From the NCBI GenBank assembly GCA_951406725.2, contig OX597820.1:84134001-84198000 (forward strand): a DNA stretch of 64,000 bases. Reading direction: 5' to 3'. Of this stretch, positions 15,411 to 29,814 are shown piece by piece. The notes under the pieces were generated by a model. That model saw only the letters and a program-made list of their open reading frames with translations, searched no databases and was not told the origin of the DNA. How positions within the stretch are numbered: the first letter of the stretch is position 1; every line of letters starts with the position of its first letter. Made by a program: the position numbers and the translations under genes. Origin of the DNA: Octopus vulgaris (taxonomy: Eukaryota).

Positions 15411-16293
15411 GCATACACACACATACATACAGACACACACACATACGAACACACATATATATATAACTGAGTTAATAGTGTGGGGTTTATGAATCCTGTT
15501 TAAACACTTTCAGCTTTGTGTTAATACACCAGGCGAAAAGTATTGTTTAGATTTCTTAGATTAGTTAAGAAATCTGCATATCCTTGTGGCGGGGTCCGAT
15601 GTTATATTTAATCACCATTTCTGTTTTAAATCCTTGGTAATTCAAGGTATAAGTATTAGTGATAGCATATTGTTTTCTTATTGTAGTTAATTTGACTTAC
15701 CGCTGTTTCTAGTAGCTGATATATGTACGTTATTGATAGATTTACTCAATCGAACCTTTGATCTCTTTTGACAAAAATCAATAAACATAAAAAATGAATG
15801 CTACTTCCGTCAAAGACATTTCTGGCTAAAAGCAAGTAGAACACTGAAAGAATAGTGTTGACTCGGGGTTGGGGCGGAGTGAAGAAAGGCCATAAGTATG
15901 CATTTGAGGTAAGCAGAGATGAGAGAAAGAAAGAGGAAGAGAAGTAATGATATATTAAAGAATGACTAAATGTGAGAGAAGAGAAAGGAAGGGAGGAATT
16001 AATACAAAGAATACTACCAGGGAGGCAGTCGAGAGAAAAAGGTGTACATGTGTGAGTGCATGTGCGTGTGTGTGCGTGTGTGCGTGTGTGTGTGCTTGTG
16101 TGTGTGCTTGTATGTGTGTGTGTGTGCGTGTGTGTGTGTGTGTGTACCCTTCACACCTTGACACGGCACTTAATATCCCACTGCTAAATTTAATTAACAC
16201 TTTTGATGATGGCTTCACCGGAGAAACCTCCAAGTAAATGTCAGTAACGTCATAAAATTATTACACGAACGACACATCTTTACTGCTTTGTTG

Positions 16294-16374
<81 letters not shown>

Positions 16375-16463
16375 AATGTATATATATATATAGATATATA
16401 TTGCACATGTGCATACATATGTATTTGTCTGTATATAAGTATGTGCTTTAATGATCGACTGTG

Positions 16464-16500
<37 letters not shown>

Positions 16501-16503
16501 GAA

Positions 16504-16555
<52 letters not shown>

Positions 16556-17262
16556 TGTATGTATATATACACATTCATATACATGAGTATAGAAGTGCTT
16601 CTAAACGGATGTATTTTCTTGAAATATCTAAACGCATGCAAGCACGTGTTACACACTTCCTCACTAAATAGATTTATGATTTGTGTAGATAGATAGAACG
16701 AGAGTGAGAGTGTTAAATAATAGGCAAGATGAAGAAGGATAAAAAGTGAGAGTGAGAGTTTTAAGGGAGAAAAAGCTGTACAGCATAGCAATTAAACGTT
16801 ATGTGTATGTGTGTGAATGTTTGTGTGCATGTTTGTGTACGCACATATAGACAAACAGAACCACATGTACGAACGCATGTATTTATATCTATGTTCCTGT
16901 GTGTCTGTGCATGTGTGTGTGTTTTTGTGTTTGCCTATATGTGTGTGATGCTCAAAATGATTGAACAACAAACATGTTTTCCTTTAAGTCTTAGGTCAAC
17001 GCCTGTGTTTTGCAGCAGCGGCACTAGCATCACACTACTGATGTACTAATGCTGCTTCTCTATCCAGAAATACATACAGGTATACATAGACATAAACATA
17101 CAGTCACACATAGTAAAGCACACACTGATAGATACATGACATTCTGCAGAAAAGCAACAATCGTAGTTGAACCATCAGTACCAAGTGTGTGTATGTGCAT
17201 GTGTGTGATGTATGAGTGTGTGAGCGCGCACGCAGATACCTGTGTTTTGTATGTGTGTACGC

Positions 17263-17372
<110 letters not shown>

Positions 17373-17960
17373 GAGCATGTATCTATGTGAGACTCCATAC
17401 ATAGATATATGTATGTATATATATATATATATATATACATGTATATACATACATATATCTATGTATGTATATATATATATATGTGTATGTGTGTGTGTAT
17501 TTGTTTGCGTGTGTATATATAGACAAATATGTGCATATATATTTATATATATGTTATATAGTTATATATAGATATTATATAAGCATGCGCACACTCACAC
17601 ACAGGTATCGACAATTACATTTCTGCAGCTGTTTCTGACATTACTACTGCTGCTATTACTACTGGAAGATACATATTTTTCGCGTGTTTTCACCGCTGTT
17701 GCTGTTGTTGCTGCTGCTGCTTCTACTACCACACTGAGTGCTTTTGCTTATATTTCTGCCTTACTCATTACTGCTTTCTTCATGCTACCATCATTTGCTG
17801 TACCACAACAACCACACCAACAACCCTCTCTCCTCGTACACGTCGTACTGCTGCTGCTGCCGCTGCTACTACCACTACTACTACTACTACCACTTCTACT
17901 ACTACTACTACTACTACTACTACAACAACTACTACTACTACTACTACTAATAATAATAAT

Positions 17961-18154
17961 GGTTTCAAATTTTGTCACAAGGGCAGTAATTTTGGGGGAG
18001 TCGACTACATTGATTCCAGTTTTCAACTGGTACTTATTGTATCGACCGCAAATGGATGAAAAGCAAAATCGACCTCGGTCGAATTTGAACTCAGAACGGG
18101 GTGACGAGCGAAACACCGTTAAGCATTTCGCCCGGCGCGCTAACGATTCTGCCA
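17961..18154 (-). mobile_element. tRNA-derived SINE, family B
   Basis: Reverse complement: tggcagaatcgttagcgcgccgggcgaaatgctt (A box) ... ctgagttcaaattcgaccgaggtcga (B box) ... ttgtgacaaaatttgaaacc, then a (ATT)/(AGT) tail at about 17870-17960. Confidence 0.88.
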
Positions 18155-18299
18155 AATAATAATAGTTTTAATTGTAATTTTTGTTATTAAACAGAAGGGT
18201 ATAGATGAGTATAACATCACATAGTCAGACAACAAATAGTAGGATCCTTTTGTTAAAAAATGGAAAGAAATGGAAAATCAGTGAAATGCGATGAATGTA

Positions 18300-19205
18300 T
18301 ACACAGTGTAAAAAGTGTGTTGTAAACTACATGATGCAGTCCTATGTATAGAGAGGAAATCTTCAACCAGGGCCAATGAAGAAGCCCCACGGATCCAGGA
18401 TTACCCTGACCTCCAAATATACGAGCCCTCGCCCAACTGCTGTTCTTTAATCTAAAGGCGCACGTTCATCGTAGGAACAATCACTCTAACAATGTTTACC
18501 AAGAACTTTAAAAGAACTTCCTTTCTAAGAATTTTTTAAAATTCGATGTGCACTCGACTAAAACGGAAAAATGTTTTTCTACAGTCCGTTCAGCTCCGTC
18601 CACCACACAAAAGTTTCACATTATTTACTTAAACAGGGGTACACTGCCTATCCTGCTTTGTTAAGGAGGGAAGTGAATCTATTCCGCACATAACACTATT
18701 CGATATAACTCCACAAGTCAACAATACTCGTCCACGGCACAAGTGCTGAACTGTTTCGTCGCTCAGTGCGTATCTCGATCAGTCAAACCCTCTGTACCTA
18801 TAGAGTTTATTTCGCACTAGCACTGCTAGTCAGAGGCACTGCTAGGCCAGGGTGTTTCTGGAGGATATCCATTGTAATACCAGGCTTGAAAGTCCTCCGA
18901 AACAAGGTAGCAAGTTTGCCCTCATCAACGATTAGAAAACCCTGAGAACCACATTGTTCTTAGCCACTAGTAGATCTCTCTATTTTTTTAACGTATAACT
19001 TCTACTGATTTCATTGTCTGACTTGTAGATGACAGAGAGTGGCTGACGTTAAACCTGGTGCTAGGCATCAAATCTTTTCCTAATGCAGGACTGCAGCTCC
19101 CTCAAAAAGAAGTTTTACAGAAAAATGTGTCTTATGGAGTACAACAGTGGTTTATCGTCCAGAAATATCTGTAAGTACCGTCGCTGCAACGCGTGTCTCC
19201 GCTTA
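18300..19205 (-). mobile_element. L1/Tx1-like LINE ORF2 3' relic (zf-RVT / CCHC region)
   Basis: Reverse-strand fragments RRHALQRRYLQIFLD, LA*QCL*LAVLVRNKLYRY (about LAWQC...LPVRDKLYRH), SDETVQH, SIVDLWSYIE and VWWTELNGL. Confidence 0.65.
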
Positions 19206-22200
19206 AGCAGACAATAGACAGATGAGTGAAGCGATACAACGACAGACGTAAAATGTGGATATTTACGTATACCTGCCTTTACGTATAAGTGAATTATTAA
19301 GAAACGTGCACATGATACACAGCGTTAATGGGATGATAATGTTGTGATCATCCTGATACAAGAGGATTTGAAGGGCAACCAAGGAATCTCACATATCACA
19401 AGTTACCCTATTTACAAGAAACACCAAGAAAGTGTATATCTTTTCGTAAATCTAAGCCCTCAAGCGCGTGCTTAGAGTTTTCATTATTAATCAGAATGGC
19501 TGCGAAAAAAGTACAGCATGATCAGTGTTGCTCTTCATAAAGATGTTTAAGAAAGGGAAAAAACAATAAGAATAAACAGAAACAATCAAAAAGAAAATTT
19601 TACGGCACATCTTTGCAGCGTTTCAGATTCGAAAAAGCAAGTCAGTGATGGCAATTTACTCTGAAAAAGTTCGCCGCATTCATCCATCTTTCAAACAATA
19701 TTCTAGAAGGCACACTTCTCTGCCATTATTCCCCTATTCCGAGGTAGAAGTCATAAAGTATTTTACCAAATAGGAAGGTGTCTTTCAGTCTCATCCACCT
19801 CACAACCTGTTTAGCTACGACAAACATTCAGATAAAATTTGCCAGTCCAATACGGACGAAAAAGAAGATGGACGGATTGTCCATCTTCCAAATGAACTCA
19901 GCTGGTTGCCGAACCTGTTGAGAAAGCTCAAAGTGGAGAAAACATGAAGTTGGAACTGCTGCGACTTGATGTGCGAAACTCCTTAAGAATGAGCGAAAAG
20001 AAAACTGATAAAGGAGTCGAGTGTCATAGTGAAGATGGGATAGATTTCGTTAGCTCCAAAGAGCATTAAGTATTGCATTTCAGTAGTAAGCAGAGTGAGG
20101 AAAAGTTTACAATCCATTTAAGTGTCACATCTGATTAAGTCCAGTGCCCTTTATCTGGATGCGGTTTAGAGTGTTTAATTATAGAAACAGCAATATACCA
20201 GATGTGTATATTTGTGGATCATTTCAGAGTTTATCAGAACGTTAAAGTTTGTAGGAAATTTCAGTTACTAGTCTAAATTATTTTGCTCTAAAACCTAAGA
20301 AACTGGTGATACCATTAGCCTTGTCGGTTGAAATTATTCTCTGCGCAGAATATAAACCGCTTACTCAAATGAAGTTAATTTCAAGAAGCTGCAGACATAG
20401 TATATCGAAGTATAGATGCACATTGCGTATAACTATGAACTGATACTCCTAATATATGAGAACAATTATTATGCTGAACATTTCTACCATTTAGAGATCC
20501 TTGTGTGAGTCTATGTGTATATCTGCATGTTTGCTACATGCACTTATTTTTTAACTAAACAGCATCTAAATTAATGCCACTCATAGATAACGCATACATA
20601 TATATTTGTGTGTATCAAATTATGCCCAAATGTATTCACTTCTTGCAAATGTGTTCCGATGCTTTCTTCTGCCATACACTACCCGAATCTAAATCTATTA
20701 ATGTATTGCGTTCTTTGTATTTTCACTAGTATTGTGGTGTTTCTATAGCTAAAACAATCATTGATTGTACAGCTATTATTAACGATAGTAATACTGACTG
20801 ACTTACTCTGTCAAAATGTATTACACAACTTCAGTTGCAGTTGTGAACATATGACAGATGAATAAGTTAAGCATATAACTGTATTACGTGCCATAACCTG
20901 GGTATCATGGTAGCTATTAATCACAACGGTATGCGATCGAAGTTTCTAGGTTATAAAGAAATTCCCAGTTTGCCAAATCAGTGGACTTTATGATACCTGG
21001 TATTAGATATCTCTCATAATGTTAATATCTCTAAAAGCCCTACCAATAGTAATAAATTACATAAAAAATACTCTTTCTCCCATGTCATACTTCATTGAAC
21101 ACAGCGTTGATGAGAGAAAACTGAATGTTACATTTCGAATAGGGAATCAAAGATATATATTGATTATAAAAATAAATATTAATAACATTAAAAGGAAACA
21201 AAAGCATAAAATCAAAATATGTTTACTCTGATTGGCATGGTTTATGTATCAGATAAAATGTCTTTCCTGACGGCAAGAAGGAAACTAATAATATAATCAA
21301 GCGAAAAACATGGAGCTTTATAAACAGTATTGGAGGAGAGATATCAGGTCTATACAAGTAACCAAAGATGGCAGGTCTGTACATGTCATCTCTGGAAATG
21401 GTGGAAGATGAAACAATAAATAAATTATAAATAATACTGATAATAAATCAATAAACGAAAAATAGAAAGGTAATAGAACAAAAACATCAAATATGGCACG
21501 TTATGGACAATATTTCATTGATTGTTCTCCAGAGTCTAATTGAATATATTAACTCATACACACACTGCATATGCATACGTTATATAAAAACATAATAAAA
21601 GAATGGTTACGATAGTAAAGCCCTTGTTTGTAGAGTTGTTGAAGAGCAACTAGCTGTGGAGAGTCATCAGCAATAACCATATCAAGAAATATGTACCTGG
21701 GACTTATTTTGTTTTAGTTGCTTTTTTTTAGCTCTAGTTCAGTCCCGAGCAATAAGGCCTTTGATAAAACACTTTTCTGCTGTAATTATGCTGCCTCTTT
21801 AGGAATATGTAGGACTATATTTCGTTTATCAGTAATACATCATGTGAGGCACTACATTAGCGGCTGTTTCTAGCAGTCCCTGTGACTCTGTGATTCCCTT
21901 GAATAGGCATATAGAAAAAAAGTTAAATGGAATAGTAATAGCTAGACGACTTACTATGATTGATATGTTATCGCTAATATTCTGCAGGGTTGTGGTACAG
22001 AAGCCTTAGTACCCATGGCACATCGTATAATAAATTGCTCTGAACGACAAATAGACACTAACAGTTTTCTGTTATGAGCCAGTAATAGGATGCTTGCATT
22101 GTTGATCAATTTAGTTTATTCTATCCACGCCTCTTAACATTTTCAAATATCTGTAGGCAGCGTAAAATAATTGAAGTGATTTTCACAAATAATTGAAAGC

Positions 22201-23034
22201 GATTTGCTCATTAATTTTTCGGGCAGTTTCCCCTCGGCGCCAGCGAAAAGTAATCACCTACTGCAATGCGATTTGAAACTTTGGCATAATGTCACAAATT
22301 GTCTAAAAGTGGAATCTAATCGATATAAAAGACAGTTTCCGCAGCACACCACTAATATTTGTTTAATCGACTTAGAAGTATAACATCACTGACCACGCAG
22401 GGATATGAAATCGGAAACTACACAGACACAACTAAAGAAGAATATTATAATGGAAACAAAGCCATATTTAATTACATTTTAAAAACCGTTTTGCAAAGAT
22501 TTTGACCTCAAACAGTGAATTGAATCCGATAAGGTTATATAGCTGGGAGAACCACAAAAGTGTCTGCAACATTACTAGGTACGATAAGGTTGGTGAAAGG
22601 TAACATGAAAGGGCAATGGAATGAAAGCACATTGCAGCTTTCGTTAAAATATATCTTTAAAAAAAAAATGTAAAAATGCAGTAGTTTTAAAATACCTTAT
22701 TTGGATCCTCTTGGACTCCTGCTACTTTATATTGGGTGTTATTGAAATATTGTGCTACAGGTTGTCAAATTTCTTTTATTCTAATTTTTGATAGTCAGTG
22801 ATATTTGTATTTGCGTTTTCGGTGACTGTAAAGCTCTCATATGTAGAGAGACCGTGAAAATAATTACTCCGTAACCGTACTGTTTATAATTGTAAGATGA
22901 GGGTCATGACGCATTGAATATAGATTTTTCTATGGAGTCGGTATTAGTGTTATATTCAATAAGTAGTTATTTCCATATTAGAAAATTATTATCGATGTGA
23001 ATTTTAACTTCCATCATATATGGTGACGTAATAC

Positions 23035-23110
23035 ATTTCCCAGAAAATCCCTGACCTAGCAGTGCCTCTGATTAGTGCTTCTAGTGCGAGATAAGTTCTA
23101 CAGGCACATA
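23035..23110 (+). mobile_element. Short fragment of the same L1/Tx1-like family as 18300-19205
   Basis: The reverse complement aligns with 18791-18866 (cgcactag...tcagaggcactgctagg.caggg..tttctgg); translation SLT*QCL*LVLLVRDKFYRH. Confidence 0.65.
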
Positions 23111-23674
23111 ACGATCGTTATGACTTATTCTCTAGTATGCAACATTTGAGTTCAATTATCATTATTTGTATGCTTACTTTTAACGCGTATGTTGATGTTT
23201 CGAGAATTGATTTGTGGATCGGGTACAAGTATTTGGATTGTATATTCCCAAACACCGTTTGATGCTTTTCTAAGGCTGTTGACACTAACGGAAGTAGTGA
23301 TCGTGCCTAAGGTGTCGAAATCCGATGATATCCGTTAAGTAGCTGATGGGGGAATTCCCCCCATTTTGTTAAATTACATTTCCTTCTGTTGCTATGTTTG
23401 CTAGTAGACAGTGTCGTTTGTCGTGTTTTAGTTTTGTCGTGTTTACTTGATATTTGTACTGTGTGTGTGTGAGTGTTTCTCTGGGATTATACGAATGGTT
23501 AGGATATTTCTGATGCTAGGTGGTGACAGTCTATAAGATTTGGAAATCATGCATAGAGTCTTCAAATTCAGTTTAGCATATTATCGTCAATAAACACTGT
23601 ATGGCATAATATATGTCTATATATATATATATGCGTGTGAGTGTGTGTACATATGTGTGTGTTTGCGTGTGAAG

Positions 23675-23940
23675 ATGTATGTCCTACTAGTTAGGGGTTT
23701 TCACTCACGATCGTTAGATGGTGGGTTCGATTCGTGGACGGGTGGTGCGTTGTGTTCTTGAACAAACACTTAATTTCAAGTTGCTCCAGTCCCCCTTTCA
23801 ATCAAGAGTGAATGCTTGCTTGTTCGCGTAGCCATAGGTTGGCATCATTCGAGGCCTAAAATGTTGCGCTCGCATTGTGGCCAGCAATGTGTAACAACAT
23901 CTGGAAGTATGATTGTCTGGTCGGTCACGGGATTACGTCG
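23675..23940 (+). mobile_element. tRNA-derived SINE, family C (CORE/MIR-like body)
   Basis: A-box-like tagttagggg, B box gggttcgattcg, then ttgtgttcttgaacaaacacttaatttc, which resembles the CORE-type gtgtccttgggcaagacacttaac. Confidence 0.65.
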
Positions 23941-24014
23941 TCACATGATTTGTTTTATTGTATGTATCTATATGTGGGTACATATATGCCTATCTGTATA
24001 TTCACTTATTGATT

Positions 24015-24160
24015 TATCTTTTATCTTTTACATGCTTCAATCAGTAGACTGTGGTCATGCTGGGCCAACACCTTGAGTAATTTAGTCAAACGAATCTAAT
24101 TCGGTACCCCTTATTTTTAGAGCTGATAATTCGATTGGGATTTTCTTCCGCATCGGTAAG
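24015..24160 (-). mobile_element. SINE family A, degenerate 3' fragment
   Basis: tcagtagactgtggtcatgctgg...tttagtcaaacgaatc corresponds to tcatttgactgcggccatgctgg...tttagtcgatcaaatt of the 33425 copy. Confidence 0.6.
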
Positions 24161-24164
24161 TTAT

Positions 24165-24239
<75 letters not shown>

Positions 24240-24248
24240 GTATGTATG

Positions 24249-24330
<82 letters not shown>

Positions 24331-24476
24331 GATATCTATTTATGTATGTATATATATATATATATGTATATATATGTGTATGTATTTATATATATACATG
24401 TATGCATGTATGTATACATACATATATATATGTATGTTTATGTGTGTATATATATATATAACATAAACATACATAC

Positions 24477-24513
<37 letters not shown>

Positions 24514-24600
24514 CATAGACACCACAGTTGGTGACGTCCTGTCTCCATATATGCATATATATATGCGTGTGTGTGTGTGTGTGTATGCGTGAATGTATGA
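24160..24600. repeat. (TA)n-rich low-complexity tract
   Basis: Directly visible. Confidence 0.95.
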
Positions 24601-25189
24601 ATATATACTATCGTCTGTATGAATTTATATAACAAACAGGTTATCTTGGATGAATACTTTAATCAGAATTTTCTGTATATAAGAAATAATCATAAAATCT
24701 TCAGTGGGTGGACGAATGTTGATTTACTCTGAATCATTGTATAAACAATTTATAGTATGCTTCATGTTAAACCACAGAACATATTAAAGGAAAGAAAATG
24801 TTAAACTTTACAATTTTCCTTTTCTCGGAAGTAGATTGTTTTTTTCTGTGAAATGTCCTATAACTTATGTAATTACTTTAAATATACGTTTCCTTCGCAT
24901 TATCAAATTTGTCAACGTTCTCTTGCATGGTTCGGACATATATAATAAGCTTAACTCTTATTTAATTTTTTCTTCTTCAAAGTTGCACTAAAAGTATAAT
25001 TGCATGTATATCCAACTTGGGAGAAAATTACAACTGCAAAAAATATCCTTTTGATATTATATGAAAATGCCATAGTCTGTGACCTTTTCTATAAATACAC
25101 AAGCCTGTAGTTGTAATTTTAGCTACTACAGTAGAACACTGTAGTTTAACACACGGATCATAGATTCAGATATACATGGATACCGGCAT

Positions 25190-26530
25190 TTATATACATA
25201 CCCGCACATATTCTCTTCACTTTTGATATCAAGAGTTTATATGCAGTAATCCCTCACAACGAAGGACTTTCTTGCACTGAAACATTTTCTCGACCTTCGA
25301 CTTAACCACTTCCCACAACCTGACACTTCCATACTGCTTCGTCTGGCCGAATATGTTCTCTCCCTCAACCGCTTCTCGTTCAAGGGATATTTTTTACCAA
25401 CATGATCTAGGGAGTGGCCGTTCGTTGGCTACGTTGAGACCTAAATATTCTCACAGTACACTGGTGCCACACCCAAACTCTACGATAGTTATATCAATGA
25501 CTATATCGGCTCGACATCACTCTCCCGTGAACAACTGCACGCCTTCCACTCTTTTGTCCATGTTGACCTCGAATTCTCTTGCACTACCTCTAACTCTTCC
25601 TTCAAATTTCTCAGTATACACCACTTCACTTTCATGACCTCCACCCAATACAAACACACTAACTCACACTCCTACCTTAAATTTCCCTCTTCCCACCCTA
25701 CCTACACCAAACTCTCCATCTCCTACTCCCACTTTCTTCGACTGCGCAGGCTCTGCAGTGACAACCGCGACTTTGAGACTTAGTCACAACTTATGACTCG
25801 CCACATCATCTTACGTGGATATCACCTTACCACTAGCCACACAACCATTGCCAGGGCATGATGCATAGGTCGTGCCTCTACTCTTTTTCCCCGCACTTGA
25901 CTCGCCGTTGCCTGTTTCCCGTTTCCCATAACCTACCACTATTCCATCCTGCACATCCAACGCACTATTCTCTGAGTCCTCCGGCTACTGCAGTCCTATC
26001 CCTCTATCTCGTAATCTTCTCTGACCTACCCCTTCCCTCCTTCAAATGAGCCCATAACCTGCATGACTTCCTGGTCAATATTTTTTTCTTAACTCCACCC
26101 ACACAGCCTGGCTCGTTCCCTTACACACGCACACGCTGTCGCACCTAGCCCTACCTCTCCAACAACACCATCCTCACAGGCATCCTTCATCATCCCTATC
26201 ACATTACCAACTCCTTTATCTGCACTTCTAGTAACGTCATTTCCTGCATCTCCCGCTCACTTTCTACCCTTCCCTGTACATCGGTCAAAAGGAATGCCGC
26301 TTGCCCGACCGGTTTGCGGGGTACCTCCGAGACAAGAGACTCGGTAATGACACCCCGAATTCGCGCCACTTCCGCTCTACCAGTTCTTCGCTACAACATA
26401 TGTGTTTGGAATGTCCTGACACAGGGGCCATCCGGACTACCGACTTCAACGTGAACGGGAACTAATCTACTATCCAAGCTCCTTTGCTCCAACCATGGTC
26501 TCAACTCACCTCCCCTTTTCTTCTGACACC
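25190..26530 (+). mobile_element. Penelope-like element relic (RT + GIY-YIG endonuclease)
   Basis: Frameshifted translation: LFTFDIKSLYAVIPHNEGL, LLRLAEYVLSLNRFSFKG, YINDYIGSTSLSREQL (= RYIDD motif), FICTSSNVISCIS...SLYIGQ..RLPDRFAGYLRD (GIY-YIG VIY...YIG, RF.EH). Confidence 0.85.
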
Positions 26531-26768
26531 TACTTCATCTCCTCTCTCCAATGATACCACCCGTCACTATTCTCCGCACAGTAGCATTGCTGACTTCCCA
26601 GCACCCACACCACACACCATCATCCATACACCCATACACAATTTTCAATAGCATCACCACACATACCACACTATGAGTAACCAAAAACAGTGCTTAACTC
26701 AGTACGCACACCACAAATCACCATCACACTCCCACACCCACACAGACAGTTAATACCTGAACACAGGC

Positions 26769-27110
26769 TATATATACATACACACACAACACGCATTAAC
26801 ACACACAACATACATAGACAAAGATAACATACACCATACACATGCACACTGTCTGATCTAGATACACACACATGTATACACATCACGTTAGAAAACACCC
26901 ATCAACTCCTACACACAACACACACACGTTACAGACGTGTGTATATATACATACACACACAACACGCATTAACACACACAACATACATAGACAAAGATAA
27001 CATACACCATACACATGCACACTGTCTGATCTAGATACACACACATGTATACACATCACGTTAGAAAACACCCATCAACTCCTACACACAACACACACAC
27101 GTTACAGACG
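26769..27110 (+). repeat. Tandem duplication, period 173 bp
   Basis: 26769-26937 and 26942-27110 appear identical by eye; this produces the duplicated MFSNVMCIHV ORFs. Confidence 0.92.
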
Positions 27111-27524
27111 CAGACACTTCCACACGTACACACACCTCAGAGTGACTAGACCGTATTGACACATACACATACACACACACCATTCAGACATATGCACACA
27201 CGCGCACACGCACACGAACCTTCTTTTGGAATCACCAGCACTTTATTATCTCCCTTTCTTTCAACCACATTTTTAAAGTATGTTCTTTCTTTCAAACATT
27301 TTTTTTTGTAAACAATCGCCATACTGCACCGTTGAAAGGTACATGTTTTTGCCATTCTCTCTCTATTTATTTTCTCGTATACCGTTCTCTTGGAGAGCGT
27401 ACACTTGTAAAGTAAAAGGCATTTTCACTTACCCGAGCGTCAAACTAATACACTTGTTTGTTGTTCATACAGCTGTCTTCCTCTTTTGCTTTTCTATAAA
27501 TTTCATTATGAGTATCATATTTTC

Positions 27525-27573
<49 letters not shown>

Positions 27574-27715
27574 CATATATGTGTATGTATATATGTGTTT
27601 GTGGAGACAGACCGAGAGAGAGCGAAATAGATAGAAAGAAGCTTGAGCGAGAGGCATTCATGTGTTTGTATGAATATGTGTATGCGCGTGTGTAAGAGTG
27701 TGAGTGTGTGTGTTG

Positions 27716-27881
27716 GTGCAGGCGTACATGTGTGGTAACAATTTTGCTTCCCAACCACATGATTCCGGGTTCAATCCCGCTGCGTGGCACGTCGGATTAC
27801 TGGATAAAGGTCTTCTACTATAGCCTCGGGCCGACCAAGTCGTTTTGAGTGGATTTGGTAGACGGAAACTGAAATAAGCCC

Positions 27882-27926
<45 letters not shown>

Positions 27927-28082
27927 TTATGTAGTTGTGTCTTTTTGTTGTTGTTTATCCCCTGACCATCCTTATTGGTGAATCTATGTCCTCGTAACTT
28001 AGCGATTCGTGAAAAAGGAATCGATAGAATAATTACTAGGCTTAAAAAAGACTAAATCCTAAGGTTGATTTCTTCGACTAAA
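27716..28082 (+). mobile_element. tRNA-derived SINE, family A (older copy with internal (TA)n)
   Basis: tgtgtggtaa (A box), ccgggttcaatcccgctgcgtggcac (B box), gtggatttggtagacggaaactgaaa; homologous to the reverse complement of the 31678 and 33425 copies. Confidence 0.85.
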
Positions 28083-29329
28083 GAGAGACAGATAGATGGG
28101 GAGAGAGAGAGAAAGAGAGAAAAAGAGAGAGAAAGAGAGAGAGAGAATAATAAAGGATTTGCGTGCGCGCCCGTGTGTATATAGCTAATATATATCTTAC
28201 AGTTAATTAAAAAAATTTCAGTGAGAGATTTCAAACTCCCACAAGACTGGTGAAATTGAAACCCCGTTCCGTCATCATCACGTATTTAATTTTCCCTATA
28301 TGTTGATACTGCGCACAGTAGGCATACACATTCTCACACCCGACGACACAGCATAACGCATACAACCATGTCAAATGCTCACATAAGTTCATACTAAAAC
28401 ATATACACGTAAGTGTATGTGCGTGAGAGAGAGGGAGAGAAAATACGATTTGTTAAATGTAATATTTTGTAGCAATATTCTCGTTCAAACATTCATTTAT
28501 TTTCTTAATAAGCTAACGATTAAATTATTTTAATCCATTCTACGCATGTCATGAAGTTTAATTTAAGCATGTATGTAATTTTCTATTACACAATCAAATA
28601 AGGATTAAGCTGTTATTAGACTGCACATGCACTAAAAATTATATTACAGACGCAGGTCTTATATCAAATATAATATAGCTATTGTAGTAGCATGTGTTTC
28701 GTTGTTTCCTTTCTACGATTGTTTTAAAGCTGTTCAATCAATATGATTCACGTCGGAACATGCACAAAGCTTAGAAATTATATCGATAAAATAAACTAAT
28801 TCTGCGAACTAGAGACAGGGGGAGGGAGAAATGATGTGCAAGTACTGAGAGAAAAGAATGAAATAGAGAGATATATCATTTGAAAGCAAAAGACAGCTAT
28901 CTAACAGTGTGTACGGATAGCTTGATTTAATAATGAGAACACAACAATTACTTATTGAGAATCTATAAAAGGTCGTTATGCTTCACTGAACAATCTTGTT
29001 TAGCCAGTGAATCAGAGCAGATTACTTAAATCATTCAGATATTAAATGTAATCAGTTTGAGCTAAGATCAATTAGCCAGGTATAAACTCACTTTAACCGT
29101 TTGCATCTTTGCTGAAACGCACACAAGATACGAGATTCTCAATAGCAGAGGTATCAGCGTGTACTCCATATATCTTCATCCCTGTTCGCTTGAAAAAAAA
29201 CTAAACGTTTCATGGGACACGGCGGAGCTACTGCATTTCTTTTACGGTACTGTACTATCTATATAATGATTATTAATCTGTTAGTAGTAACAACAAAAAC
29301 ATCAGCAAAAACAGCAACACCAGCGATAG

Positions 29330-29364
29330 TAATTATAATAATGATGATGATGATGATGATGATG

Positions 29365-29402
<38 letters not shown>

Positions 29403-29452
29403 TATAATAATAATAATAATAATAATGATGATGATGGTGATGATGATAGTAT
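29330..29452. repeat. (ATG)/(ATA)n compound microsatellite
   Basis: Directly visible; explains the poly-M/poly-I ORF at 29212. Confidence 0.95.
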
Positions 29453-29589
29453 TACGCAAAATTAGTTATATTTTGCGTTATACTTTGCATGAAACGAAAT
29501 CATATAACTATCAAGAATTATTATTTCCACGATTCCAGCGAATATCGGCACTGTCAATGAGGAGTTGGATTAAATGTAATAGGCTTTTT

Positions 29590-29742
29590 TTCATTCTGGC
29601 CCTTTACCTTTTGAGTTCACAGCCGAATGATTCTAAGTCTGCTTTATCTCCTCCCGTAGTCGATAAATTTAATTATCACTTAAGGTCTTAATGCAATTTA
29701 ATTTCTCTTCCTTTGCGACTTGTTTCTCTGTTTAAAACTTAC

Positions 29743-29814
<72 letters not shown>

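Noticed and set aside
18791-23110. ~75-bp inverted repeat pair taken as TIRs of a 4.3-kb DNA transposon
   Set aside because: Both arms translate as L1/Tx1 ORF2 sequence, and the left arm is internal to a longer LINE relic; there is no TSD or transposase.
23130-23560. Possible Penelope GIY-YIG remnant on the minus strand
   Set aside because: Only a GNVI* trace and vague downstream similarity; insufficient to call.
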